The notes beneath the pieces are model-generated. The model saw nothing but the letters and a program-made list of their open reading frames with translations, ran no database searches and was not told where the DNA came from. A stretch of 64,000 bases of DNA, taken from assembly GCA_020891255.1 (NCBI GenBank), contig BQFW01000014.1:310001-374000 (forward strand). Direction: 5' to 3'. This document shows positions 23,056 through 35,668 of this stretch, piece by piece; within the stretch, counting starts at the first letter, position 1; each line of letters opens with the position of its first letter. This DNA is from Entomortierella parvispora E1425. Its lineage: Eukaryota > Fungi > Mortierellomycota. The translations under genes were made by a program, and so were the position numbers.

Positions 23056-25031
23056 AAGAACGTGGGTGAAAACGAGGTCGAGCGAGAATACCGTCCCATG
23101 CGACCATTGTTTCATATTTCAGAATAAATTAAATGAAGATTTTTTATTTTTTATTTTACTCAAATTCTGGAGGGGTTTGCAGCCACAACAACAATCAATC
23201 CGTCAATTCTCTCCTCCTCCACCTTCTTCAACGCCCAACACCGACGAGGATGATGGGGGGTTCCACTAGCCATTACGACACTCACGTTTGGAATTGGATA
23301 GCAGGTCGTCAATAGCAACTCATCTAATTAACTCTGATATGTCAGGGATTCGGGCATCAGCTGGATAGAGTCATCCATTGGGGTTTTCTACATGCATCGA
23401 TACTATTTTTTTTGAAGCTACGCCTGGCAGGTCGACCGATGGCCCTCCAGAGTTCATCTACAGGTCGTTCGGGCAACTTTTCGATCATGGTGGTGCATGC
23501 TTTGACCACTGTTAGCTTGGGGGTGATAGTCGTTCACCGCCAATGCTGCAATTGCCTGCCACTTCTTGGTACGAAACTCGTTACTTTTAGGCTACCTATG
23601 GAATATAATTTCTACATGTCTGCAATGGATCTGAACATCCAAGGGTGTGTGATTGCTGTGAATAGCTGACGAGTGGAAGATGGGTGAGAGAGGAATAGCA
23701 GTTGGAAGATACAGTTGAATGAGCAGCTACGGTGAAAAATGAAGAGTGGATGATGAGTCGGCCATGAAGGAAAGAAGCCTGACTGATGGATGGCTGGAGT
23801 CAGGCTACAACCTCTCTCTCTTTCTCTCCACGTTTCCATGGTGCCAACCTAGGACGGATGCCTCTTCAGAAGGGTTGGGCTGCACCCCTACAAATACAAC
23901 AATGTTATAGAGTGAACTCCATAGAATGAAAATATTCCTCGCAGTAGGACGTTCGTGTCACAACGTGTCTGGTCCCTGAAAGTTCATTTTTCGCGTTTGC
24001 ACCAAGGCGCAGGTTCAGTTCTTGATCAGGAAAAAGGGTCCCGGTAGCATGGTCCCGGATGATCTTATTATCGACTGTTGGGCAGGATGACAAACTACCA
24101 GGGCGAGGAGGGATGGGCAGACGATTCAAGACACAAGGATTCTATTCTGAGCCGTTGGGGGAGAGACTGGGGAGCCAAGAGGTGAATGAGTGAGTGAGCG
24201 AGGCGAGCAAAAGGAGCGCGCCAGAAAATAGAGACAAAACAAAAAAAGAGACGAGAGCCATGGGTGAGTTGTTTTCCCCCCCTAGTGGGTTGGTGTGGTG
24301 GTGTGTAATGGTGGTGGTGGTGGTGATGGTGGTGGTGGATGAACAAGACAAGACAAGAAAGAGAGGACGGGAAGGACGTCCATTCATGCAAACCAGACAA
24401 ACACACAGGCAGGCAGGCAGACACAAGGGTAACAAACCATTGAATGAAAATGTTGCCTCTTCCCGCCCCTTTTCGTGTTCACTTGCTTTGTCCGTGAGTT
24501 CCACACAGCATCTTTTCATTCTCATTCTCATTCTCATTCTTTCCTTGTGCCCTTCCCTTCTGATCGCATTCCTTTTCTCTCTCGTCTTGTCTTCTCTCTC
24601 CCTGCTGTTGCCCCATTACTCTCCATTTCCACATAGACACACGCTCTGTGCATGCATGCATGCAAACACACACCCCACCAGGAGGCTGCATCTCATTCGA
24701 CAAAAATAACTTTACTCCCAGAGTGCAGCACAAGCAAGCAAGCACGCCAGCCCGCAAAAAGCAGCTCCTTGCCGACCTGGTTGCCTTTGTATCCCTCCAA
24801 GAGGCCTGGTTCCCGCAGAAAAGAAAGGACAGGCTCGACCTTTCCTTTCCGTTCCGTCTCTTCTCTTCCTTTGTTTCTTCCTTCCTTCCTTCTTTTTGTT
24901 GCTCCTTTTTGACATTTCTTGTCGCGAATCCCCTTTAGCACATTCTCAAAGAACATTCAATTCATTCCTTCGAGAACCCTGCCTGTCTACCACCCTTGAC
25001 TGTCCAAAGCTCGAGGCCCGCCCTGAAAAAG

Positions 25032-25063
<32 letters not shown>

Positions 25064-25570
25064 AGGAACGTCCTCCTGCACCCTGACGCCTCCTTCCTCC
25101 TCCTTCCTCCTCCTTCGCCCCCACCCCTTCTTTTTCCTTGTCTGATCGTTTTACGTCAACGCTCATTCTTCGACCTCGGACTGTCGAGTAGTATTCTCCA
25201 CCATGGATGTCCAGGCAAGTTAAACCCTGTGGGTCTTGTTTCGTCTTTTTCTTTTATTTCTTTTTGCCGCGCTCTTTTTCATCAAGATATTGGTGCAACC
25301 CCAGACGGCACCATCACCACAACACGCACACAAACAAGAGCCATCAATTTGTTCCTCACCATGAGCAACTTGTCCCCTTGTCCATCCATGGCCCTTTTTG
25401 GTGACGAGGGAGTGATCCACACAGCCGTTCCGGAGGCGGATCAACTGGAAAAAGGAGGAGTTCCCCTTGTGGGCCCTGTGGACACACCACATCTTCGACT
25501 TTTTTGTCCAACCTGATCCTGTCTTGATCCTGATCCGTCTTTTTTTTCTTTGTCTTTGACTCGACTCTAG

Positions 25571-27024
25571 AGGATCGAGGTCCTGGATGCACTGAATCCC
25601 GAAGATAGCCATGGCTCTCAGTTTGTAAGCGATCGGCCTCTCTGCGCATCTTGCAGCTGCGTTTTAGCCTGTCTTGGGTAGCTCTCTTACTCGCTCCTTC
25701 TTTGCGGCAAGCAGCAGCGACCGTTAGAAAAAAAGAAAAAGAGAGCAACCCCTTGCCTTTTGCGTGTATAACCTCTGAGGTTGATTCTCACTCCTGCCTC
25801 TGGTCATTATTTCTTAATTGCTCTCTGTCTCTCTCTCCCTCTCTTCTTCTTCGCTTTTGATAGCACCAGTCTAGGAACAGGACCGTGCGTGATCAGAACG
25901 AGTCCAAGATACCTGCTCCTAGGGCAAGGCGGGCGACGGGCGAAGGCATGCAACGGCCCCGGATGGGTCATACCAAAGGATCAGGATCCACCTCCTCTCC
26001 AAAGCCAGTAACCAAGGGCAGAGCTGGGAAAACACTCCAACCAGCGACGACTCCTTCAGCCTACTCTTTTGATGACCCTACCATTGACCCCTTCATGCCA
26101 TCCACCCCACCCACCTTCACAGCCTCCATGGAACCAACGTTCTTCAAAAAAACCGAAACCACCCACACCACTCCCGCCAACAGCAATAACAAAAACAGCA
26201 ATAACAAAAACAACAGGAACAGCAACGACAGCAAAGGCAACTCACCCAAACAAACTAGAGGGTTCGATCCAAAACCTGCAGAAAAGACCACAGAGACGAA
26301 ACCTCAGACCCAAAACAATCGACCTACTCCATCTCCAGCCCCCAAACCGTTCAATACCTCGACGGCCAATTTTCGGGGAACGCGATCACGGGACGCGTCC
26401 ATCTCTTCCTTGCCTGGTCCTAATCACGATGACATGATCTTGCCTGCTGTGGCGCGTCGGCTCAAGGAGCAAGGGGAGCTGTACGACCACGATGTCATTG
26501 CCTATAGTGATGATTACCATGCACCGCTCTACAGGCTTCCACCAGGGTCCCCTGCCAAAGGAAACCCATTCGCCAGCTATGACAGAGCCAAGGCGGCCTC
26601 CACCGGTAATCTCCACCAATCGCCATCGGGATCTTGGAACAGTCAACACCCAGAACCAGAGCCTCCTCTTCCCACAGCAGCGCCTGCGTCCTTATTCAAC
26701 AATCAGTCTACAGCTGCAGAGACCATCAAGAGCGACAAGAGCGCTGGCGATGCTTCTTCACTGAAAGACTCTGCTCAATCGCAAGGAACAAACCCACGCA
26801 ACTCGATCGACGTTCCCGACTCCAGTGCTGATTCCGCCGCAATGCCAGCATCTCCATCTCCTAGTCAGAGGGGAGTCAGACCAGAGAGACCTCAGCGTGC
26901 TCGTCGCAATACTCAACCAGAGAATATGAGCCCCAGAAGCACAGAGGAATATGATCGGCATGGATCTAGGCGACCCACAAGAGCCGAGGCAGAGGCTTAT
27001 TCTCAGTTGTCGAATCAGGGTCAA

Positions 27025-27066
<42 letters not shown>

Positions 27067-27579
27067 TCTTACCAGCAAGAGTCATCTTATCAAAGCCCGC
27101 GTCAGTCTCCAAGACAGAACAGACAGAACAATGGCTATGATCAGCAACAGTATGGTCAAAACAACAACCAATACCAGGACCAGTATACTGGTCGTGTCCA
27201 AGGATCTAACTATGGAGTTCAAGAGGCAGACAGATACGATCCTCGTCAACAACAACAACAACAACAGGGTCAGAACCAGCGGTACCAACAGCAGCAGCAA
27301 CAGCAACACCAATCTGGTTATGATCAGCGTTACAACAATTACAACCACCCATCCAATCATCAGGCCCCTCGGGACGCCAATTTCTCTCCACGCGACAACA
27401 TATACCCGGCGCAGAACCAGTACCAGCAACAAGTACAACAGCAACAGAGATCCAATGGCATGACGACGATCGAGATGTCAGAAGTGAGCAGCCCTGTCAA
27501 GGAAGAACAAGGTGTCGAGGGCGTAGATGCCACAAAGGTTCCAAAGAAGAAGGGTACTGTCTGCTGTGTGGTCATGTAA
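25571..27579 (+). CDS. Gln/Asn/Pro-rich disordered protein with C-terminal CaaX motif (N-terminus unresolved)
   Basis: Main exon 25864-27579 (acceptor gatag, phase 0); candidate upstream exon 25571-25624 (RIEVLDALNPEDSHGSQF, phase 0-0, gtaagc donor). Ends KKKGTVCCVVM-stop. Start codon not identified. Confidence 0.65.
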
Positions 27580-28854
27580 TGAGGCGCAGGAGGGAGGGCA
27601 AGACAAGGCGGATACAGCCATTGTACAATAAAAACTTTGAAGATCCACCACCCCCTTTCGGGCTTCGCCCAAGGAAGGGGTGCGGATCCCACGTTTTTGT
27701 CTCAAAGTAATCATTCCGATGTCCTGAATGCAAAACAGACTGCAGCAAAAAAAAAAAAAAAAAGCCAGTTAATTCAGTGGAGAGTGGAGAGTGGGGTAGG
27801 GACAAGAATGTTTACGCCGTGAGCTATGTCCTTGTCAAGGAAAGGAAGGAGACAGAAGCTTCCCTTTAGAAATGAGCGGCCAAAGGAGTTGAAAGGGAGG
27901 AAGAACAAGATAGGATCGGTGTGGCATTGCCGCATTTGGACCAAGGCCCTCGATTGGGAAGGACGTCCGAAGTGGGGGATGAACACGGACTTTCGGACCA
28001 CGGAGAAAAAAAAAAAAATTCAGAAGAAACAGGCTTCCAAGAAGGGCGCAATGAGCAGTGCGCAGACGCGGCATGTTGATCGAGTGCAGTCTGGATTGTT
28101 GATGTCCGATATTATTTCAATTGTACGTCGTCATCATTCTTTGGGTCGGGCGAAGCAACAACACGGAAGTGGGTCAAAAGGAAACAAGGCCGAAGGTTTA
28201 TTCTCAGTAAGCGCAGCCCTGGCTAATTGCTGGTGATGGATCTCGATCGATTGACCTTCTGTCGCGGAAGTGTCCGAGGTCGACCTTCAAACGAACAATG
28301 AAAATTACCTGTCTGGTCCAGCCCTTTGCACCATGGGGCCGCCTTTGCGTTATTTTCGGAGGGAAGAAGGGGCTTCCTTCCTCCCTGACACCAACATTAA
28401 TAATTCTAGAAAGACGATATATACTGCCAGGACTTTCCCTCTCTTTCATGGCCTCTTGTCAACATTCCTCCACAAACATTTTGGAAACATAAAACCACCA
28501 TTCGCCCAAGACTTTGCCCACATATACGCACAGGCTCTTCCAGCATTGGTAATATGTTTGTTCTCAATCTTGTGGGTGGCCCATTCACTCTCGCACAGCG
28601 GTTTCAACAGCCCTTTCCTCTCTCTCAACCCTTCACACATGTCGTTGTCCTGCATGCAATGTTTCAGGGCATCCTACCAGCGGATTTCTTCTCCTCTCCC
28701 TTCTCCCTCCCGCTGGCTCATTGGACCTTGTCCCCTTTGAGACCGCCACCAAATTCAAAAATCGCCTTATTTGACACTGTTCCTGTTTGTCATTCCTTTG
28801 CCATCCCATCCTTCGTCCCTCTCGCACAGACGATTTTTTTTTCTTTCCTTCCAC

Positions 28855-29640
28855 ATGGCAGCAGCAACAACCTCCACTCTGACGTCCCCCATCACCATCT
28901 CCGCTACCGTGCGTGCAAAAGAAGAAGAACCGTCCGATATCTGTCGTCGTGCCATTGATCACAAAGTGACTCCCTCTCTGACCTCGACCTTGTTGTACAA
29001 CTCTATTCTATCTTGCAGCAAGATAGGAGAGTCTGACAAAGAAGAGGAAAAAGAAGCGAGGGAGGAACAGGAGCAGGAACAGGAGCAACAGGATGACGCC
29101 GCTGTCACGACCGTCGCTGCCTCAGCCGTTGCTGCAACGGTAGTGGCAAACCCTGATCTACAAGGAGATCGCCGCTGGAATGAAATTCATGGCGACTACG
29201 ATGAAAGCGGGCAGGACGACCACGGGGTCAGAGATGAGGGGACCAATGGATTGGCCATCACCTTTTTCGATGACATGGTCAATGCGCGGCCAGCCCCGTT
29301 GAACATCTTGCAGCCAAACGAGAGTACGAGCTTGCCAGAGTTGTACCACGACTTTTTCGAGAGTCATTACGAACTGTTGGGACTGAACCACCATCAGCAC
29401 TCTCACTCCTATGGACGCAGTCGCGTCAGCTTCTCCTCCGAGGGTGAGCTGTCCGCACTGGAGGGTGAGGGAGACGAGGAAGACGAGGATGAGGAAACGC
29501 GACTGGTGTTGATGGATCTGGACTTTGATATGGACATGATGGACCTGGACAAGGATCTAGACGAGGAAGTGGCCCAGCGGATACGGGACCGGGCCATGGA
29601 CGATCTTCGGCAGACGATGGTGGCGGCGGCATCCATGTAA
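28855..29640 (+). CDS. Hypothetical acidic protein (~261 aa)
   Basis: Single ORF from ATG 28855 preceded by a pyrimidine-rich leader; coding-like composition; no family recognised. Confidence 0.5.
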   Translation: MAAATTSTLTSPITISATVRAKEEEPSDICRRAIDHKVTPSLTSTLLYNSILSCSKIGESDKEEEKEAREEQEQEQEQQDDAAVTTVAASAVAATVVANPDLQGDRRWNEIHGDYDESGQDDHGVRDEGTNGLAITFFDDMVNARPAPLNILQPNESTSLPELYHDFFESHYELLGLNHHQHSHSYGRSRVSFSSEGELSALEGEGDEEDEDEETRLVLMDLDFDMDMMDLDKDLDEEVAQRIRDRAMDDLRQTMVAAASM

Positions 29641-30344
29641 GTTTGATTCGATGGAAAGGGGAAAAGGAAAAAAGAAAAGGGTGGGCTCCAACCTTGGTCC
29701 AACAACAAACAAGACAGGCCAAGACATTCAAAAAAGTCTGTTTGCTCCACAACGTCCTTTGTTCTCATCTCCCTATCCCGCCTCACGCGACGGGCGAGTT
29801 TTGGTCATTTTGGTGGATCCATCACACGTGACGCGGACCCAGTCCTCACCCGAATCTTCCCTATTCGCACTTTCCGGTTCCGCTTCCCCGAAGCGGGGTT
29901 TTTTATCGTGTGTTATTTATTCTGAGGAAGCGAAGTTTATTCATTGCTCGGCCGCGTTTTTGGTCTCGCCCCAGACACACACTCCGCTGGTCGAGAGAAA
30001 AAAGAAGGGTTGCTTGCATTGGGTCACCACCATTTGATACTCCCATCTCTTGACATCATCCCCACCTTGACTCACTCCTTCTCTCTCTTCTCTCTCTTTC
30101 TCCCTCTCTCTCTTTTTTATTTTGTCCTCTTCTCTTGCTCTCGCCTCTTCCTCGTCTCGTTTACTACCTGTTCTCATTTCCGCCTCCTTTATTTTTGGCT
30201 GTCTTTTTTTTTTCCTTCTTTCTTTTTTTTTTTTTTGTTCGAACTTGCTCCTCTCTCAAAAACATACTTTGACCCTCCCAATACAGAGAGGCTATTGCCG
30301 ACAGAAGACCAAGACTCGACACCACCATCGATACCATCAACCTC

Positions 30345-33300
30345 ATGAGTCAACAGCAACAACTTCAGCAGCAGCAGCAACAGCAGCAGCAGCAACAACA
30401 ACAGAATGGTGCAACGGGGCGACCTCAACAGCAGCATGTCTCGAATGGGTCGTCTCATCACAGCAACAACAATGGCAACAACAATAATGGCCATCACCAG
30501 CAACAACAGCATCAACAACACGACCCCAAGCACAACAGCAACAACAGCAATAACAGCAATCAGCAGCATTCCAATAATGACGACCATCAACACAACAATG
30601 ACCGATCCGACGAGTCCTCGCCTGATCAGAACCAGAATGGTCAGGCGCCTCAACGGAGAAAGAAGGCTAACCGAGCGTAAAGTGAACTGGGTCCTTGTCT
30701 CTTGTTTTTGTCTTTTTTCTTTTCTTGATAGCTTGCAAAAGGCCTGTTGATGAAAGATGGGAACTGACTCTTTTCTTTTTCTCTCTTTCTGTCTCGTGGG
30801 GTGTCCTTTCTTCTCTGGCGTGTCTCTAGTTGCTTCCACTGCCAGAAGGCCCATTTGACGTGCGATGACTGTAAGTTGGTTCTCTCAAATCTTTTTTAAA
30901 CTCGGGTCCCTTCTTTGTGGAGAATTGGAGAATTCGATAATTGAACGAAAAAAAAAAAATGTGACTCAATTGGACCGGACTTGGACTGGTAGCGCTCAAA
31001 CAAAATCATGGGCACAAAGGAAGAAGAAAAGAGAGAAAGAGAAAGAGAGAGAGAATAATAGAGTCCGGGAATGAATTGCTTTTTCTCGGCCAAGGGCCAC
31101 AGGAACAAGTGGAGGGATCAAGAAGAGTGTGGGGTGAGGCGCAGGGGCCGGGCGTTGAAAAAAAAAAAAAAGGGTCAGAACACACCAGCCATGGCGCCGC
31201 AGGTCCAGTGATTGTTTGCACACATGGACCTTGCAACGGTCCGTCACTCCCGAGGGAGACAGGGAGACCAAACACACGTACACACACACGCAGCACTTGG
31301 CATGCACCGCTGATCTGGCGTCTGTGGTGGCCGTGTCTAATGGGAAAGGATCGGTCTCCGGTCTACTCACTGGGATGTAACCCTGTCGACAACTACCCTC
31401 TTGGCTCTGTCAGCATGAGAGCAGGCAGAGAGGCAAGGGTGCAGAGTGAGCAAAAACAAACCCTTTGGATCTCATCTTCCTCGGAGGGTGATCAGCAACG
31501 CTTTCCACTGGTTTGGCTGGTCTTTCTCGGCGCTCCTTCCTCTGTGTCCCCAACACACACCATCATCCTGACCACAAGACAACACACCCCTATCAACAAC
31601 AGCTAATTTACGCGCTCAATGCATGGCCTTACCCCCACTCGACTCCACACCCTTGTTCAGGGATACACATGTTTGACGCGCTCAAAACACAAAAACCAAT
31701 AGATGGAGTTCATCCATCGGATCTATTTCCTCTTCCCCACCAAGCGGTTGTCCTTCTTTGGACTCTTTTTCTCCATTATCGCATTCATAAGCTAATCGTT
31801 GTCCCCTTGTTTTTGTTTCTTATTATTAGCACGGCCTTGTCAGCGGTGTATCAAGCGCGATTTGGCAGCAACGTGTGCTGATGGAGTCAGGAAAAAGGCC
31901 AAATATCTGCAGGATGCTTATGACTCTGAGCAGCTGGCTGCTCAGCAGGCCGGACAATCTTCACAGGGAAACATGGGCATGGCAGGACTCCCCGACCAAT
32001 CCCAATCACCCCACCAACTATTGACAGATCAGGACCAACAAGCAAGGGGACAGGGAAACATGGAAGGTATGAAACAGAATAGGCTTGCCATGGTTGAGGT
32101 ATAAACCAACATCTCCTCCCATGTCTAACAAATACCATGATTTTCTTTTTCGACATTTCTTTTTTAGAATCACCATTGAACGATGCGTCTTCTCTCTTCA
32201 ACTTCCCAATGTCGTCGGATTACGGTTTCGGATCAGAAGCAGTCAACCTGGAGTATTCAATTATATCAACCATGTTGTCGTCACCCACGTCAGAGATGAA
32301 CCCCATGTCGGATCTGTCCATGGTGGAGAACTGGCAAAGGCAAGGATCCTTGGATGCAATGGCTCACCCGTTAGCAAGCAACAACCAGCTTCAAAAAGCC
32401 TTGGCTGCCCAAGGATCTTTACCATCTGGACAGGGTTCGGCCGCTGGATCAGGGCTCGGCAATGGTGGTAATGCAATAGGAGCAGGAGCAAACGTCAATG
32501 CTGGAATGAACTCGAACCCGGCCTCAGGGCTCTTGGGCCCTGGAATCACCGGCAACAATAGCAACAATACCACTTCTACAGCTAATGGAGGCACTGCTCC
32601 AATATTTCAGCCGCCAGGAGCACGTATCAGCAAACGCAAGTTCCCCAGCAATACGCCTGAGAATGTGTACGCCAACACCAAACAACCCTTTAATTATACC
32701 GATGGCTTCCACTACTTGTTGCGTTATGTCCGGGAACGGTAAGAATGTGACAAAATCAGGACCAAGAAGATGAAAGCAAGGCGTGCAACATACTTATACA
32801 ACTATTTGCTCATTTTTCTTCTGTATACTCAGGATGGACAAGGAGGAGATGATGAGAATTTGCAGAGCCATGGCCATGTTCCGGCCTTCGTTTATTGCAT
32901 TGATCATGAACTTGACGCCGGAGGATTTGATATTTATGGAAAAGTGTTTTCAAAGGACTATCCTTGTAAGTGTCTCATTCTTGATGTCGGTTTCCTTGGT
33001 GTCTGAGATCCTGAACAAATGCAATTGCAAAAGACTAAACGTTGTTTTGGGAAAACGCCATCATTGTAGGAATTTGAGAAGCTGATCAGCTTTTCAGGAA
33101 CACCCACCGTGGTATGGCGCCGGACAGGCGAGATTGCATTGGTGGGCAAAGAGTTTTCACTCTTGACACAATGGGGGCGAGACCAGTTGGTGGGCAAGAA
33201 GACGTATATTTACGAATTGATGGATAATCAATCTGCAGTGGAATATTGGGAAAAGTTTTCGACACATGCATTCGAGAATACGGAACAGACAGTGATGACG

Positions 33301-33423
33301 ACATGTATCCTTTTGAGCCCGACGAACCGGGTCGTCCCTTGTACATTCTGCTTCACAATCAAACGCGACATTTTTGATATTCCGTTGGCGATTGTGGGCA
33401 ACTTCTTGCCCATCTTGTCATAA
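30345..33423 (+). CDS. ERT1: Zn(II)2Cys6 transcription factor of gluconeogenesis, ERT1/AcuK family (~555 aa)
   Basis: Exons 30345-30676, 30830-30870, 31830-32066, 32168-32738, 32833-32965, 33070-33423. Spliced cluster [41 protein letters not shown]; C-terminal PAS-like region FRPSFIA...EKCFQRT...[13 protein letters not shown]; poly-Q/N N-terminus. Confidence 0.9.
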
Positions 33424-33979
33424 CAGGACGCAAATGCAGCAGGAGGAGGGTTTCTTTTTTCTTCTTTTTGGAACCTGCTCGATTGCTTCTGAAAAGATTA
33501 CTGTAAACTAGTTTGTTATAGTAAATACACAGTTATTTTTTATTCAAAGGGTGGGAAGATCTTGGGGAGAGAGGATCTTGAACCAAGAGTTGGGGCGTGT
33601 GTTTTCACGAACAGGCCAAGGGGATGGGGCATGGTCTGATTTCTACCTCCCCATCATTTCCGGATTTTTTGCCCAAGTACAATGTAGCTCTTGAGGTACT
33701 TGCCCACAAGGGTGTTTTTGCGCACTGTCCACCAGGGGTTTTTTTAATCACCTGGTTGCTTTCTCCGAAGACAAATGGGTCATGCAAAGCCTAGTCCGAC
33801 TTTGGCCCAACAACTTTAAAGAAGTCTAATGAAAGAAAGACCAAGGTCGAATGACAATGGCTGGTTGATTGGCTTCATCTCGTCCCCATTTTGAGGGTGA
33901 GGGAGGGTGTGTGGGTCAACAGTGTGGGTTGGGTGGGTGCTTTGAGATGGGGTCTTTAGATTGTCAAATGAAATGCGGG

Positions 33980-34010
<31 letters not shown>

Positions 34011-34651
34011 GTGGAGCGGGAAGATTACCTTTTTGATCGTGTTTGGCGGTTAGCGATAAAGTTGTGTCCGTGGGTGGGAATAGATAGGTTCGTTCTCTTT
34101 CTCCTTTCTCCGCCCTCCCCAGTGCTTTCCGAAATGGACGTCCAAAGGAAAGGAACTCGATTGCAATTGAGATGTGGAGAAATCAAATTTTAAAAAACCA
34201 AAGAGATAACGGGGTCTGTGGGATGGTATGGAAGGAACCGGACAACGAGGGGACAAACGGAAAAGGGGACCCAAAAAGACTTGAATAGTTTTCATCTTTG
34301 TTTGCTTTGTTTTGTCGATTGATCATGGGAAGGAGAAGGAGGAGGAGGAAGAGCGCCACCAACGCGACCTCGTTGACCTTTTGGTTCCCTGATCACATCC
34401 CGCCGGAGAATCGCGGGAAGAGGAGAGGTCTTCGTTCCTCTTGCACCCTTCATCGCGTAGATATCTCGCCCTCAAATCCAAAAAGACAACAATGTCAGCC
34501 TAATGCTTGTTGGTGCGGTCGTGTGGGATGGACATGTGGGGGGGGGGGGTCCCTATCTAGCAATCCTGTTGAATGCGAGACGCGTGTGTAGAACGATGGC
34601 TATTGCATGTTTATTGAAGGGATCTTTGGCGTCAGTTTCTTTCTTTACTAT

Positions 34652-35383
34652 TTACTCCTCCATTTTTACGTTCTCTGACTCGCCTTTTTGAACTGGTTGC
34701 TCCTTGCTGTTTTCTGTCATTTCTTCAGTGTCTGATTTGGCGCCTTCTTCCTTCTTGACTTCTTCGTCCTTCTTGACTTCGTCTTTCTTGGCCTCTTCGT
34801 TCCTTTTGACCTCTTCTTCTTTCTTGTCCTCTTCTGTTGCATCCTGTTGATCGTCTTGCACGTTTTGTTGCTCCTCCTGCTCTTCTTGTTTTTCCTCCTC
34901 CTCCGGTTGCTTGGGTTGCTCAAGGGGTGGTTTGTTTGGATCATACAATGGCATGTGTCTATCGGAACATCTCTAAAAGCGGCACTGGGGAGTCCCTTGC
35001 GCTTGAGCATGTAGGCAAACTTGTCTGGATTCTGCAGAATGTACCGAGGCATCTCCTTATTGTCCTTGATATAATCCGCGTCCTCTGTCCACCGATCATA
35101 GATATCCAACCCCCACCGGGCATGACCCAAGATATATTTCGGGTCCTTGTGCTTTTCCTTGTCAAATTCTCGGTGTGGAGACGATTCAATCTTGTGCAGG
35201 AACTGCAGCAGTGTAATTCAAACAGCACGAGCAATGATAACATTGGTCCATCACGGTTGGATAGTCGCTATTTTGTTCGTCCCGGATCGAATGACCCATT
35301 CTCGCGGAACGATTTATTCGGTGGCAATAAACACGTCTTTTGAAGTCTTGTCCGTTTGTCCAATGCTTTAGTACCCATACATT
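34652..35383 (-). pseudogene. Remnant of a GT17 (beta-1,4-N-acetylglucosaminyltransferase / MGAT3-like) gene, 5'-truncated with two frameshifts
   Basis: Frame 1 ...PTVMDQCYHCSCCL (cf. GT17 WHCSWCF); +1 shift to QFLHKIESSPHREFDKEKHKDPKYILGHARWGLDIYDR...MPRYILQNPDKFAYML; second shift after AAFRD into MPLYDP plus an E/K-rich tail ending at 34652. Family recognised from memory of motifs. Confidence 0.6.
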
Positions 35384-35668
35384 CCACTATGTCAACAAGA
35401 GGTAGATCGGCGACTGATCCTTGTCCTGTTGTTGGTCAATAAAAAAGCGGTCGGGCGCACGCAGAGACTGACTGAACCAACAAAACATGTCATCTGTCCT
35501 AGAGGCACGTGACTCGTGCCAGACTAATGCTTAGAATCATGCATGGATTGAACGTCTTTGTGATTCTTTGATTCGACTCTTTCCTCTCCCTTCTCTCTTT
35601 CTTGACCGCCCTTCCTTTCCTTTCCTTTCCTTCACCTTTTCTTGCTGCTTGTTCTTGTCATCATTGAA

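Noticed and set aside
25203-25516. Possible first exons of the CaaX gene (ATG GAT GTC CAG|gcaagt GC donor; ATG at 25361)
   Set aside because: Could not join them in a consistent phase to the 25571 or 25864 exons.
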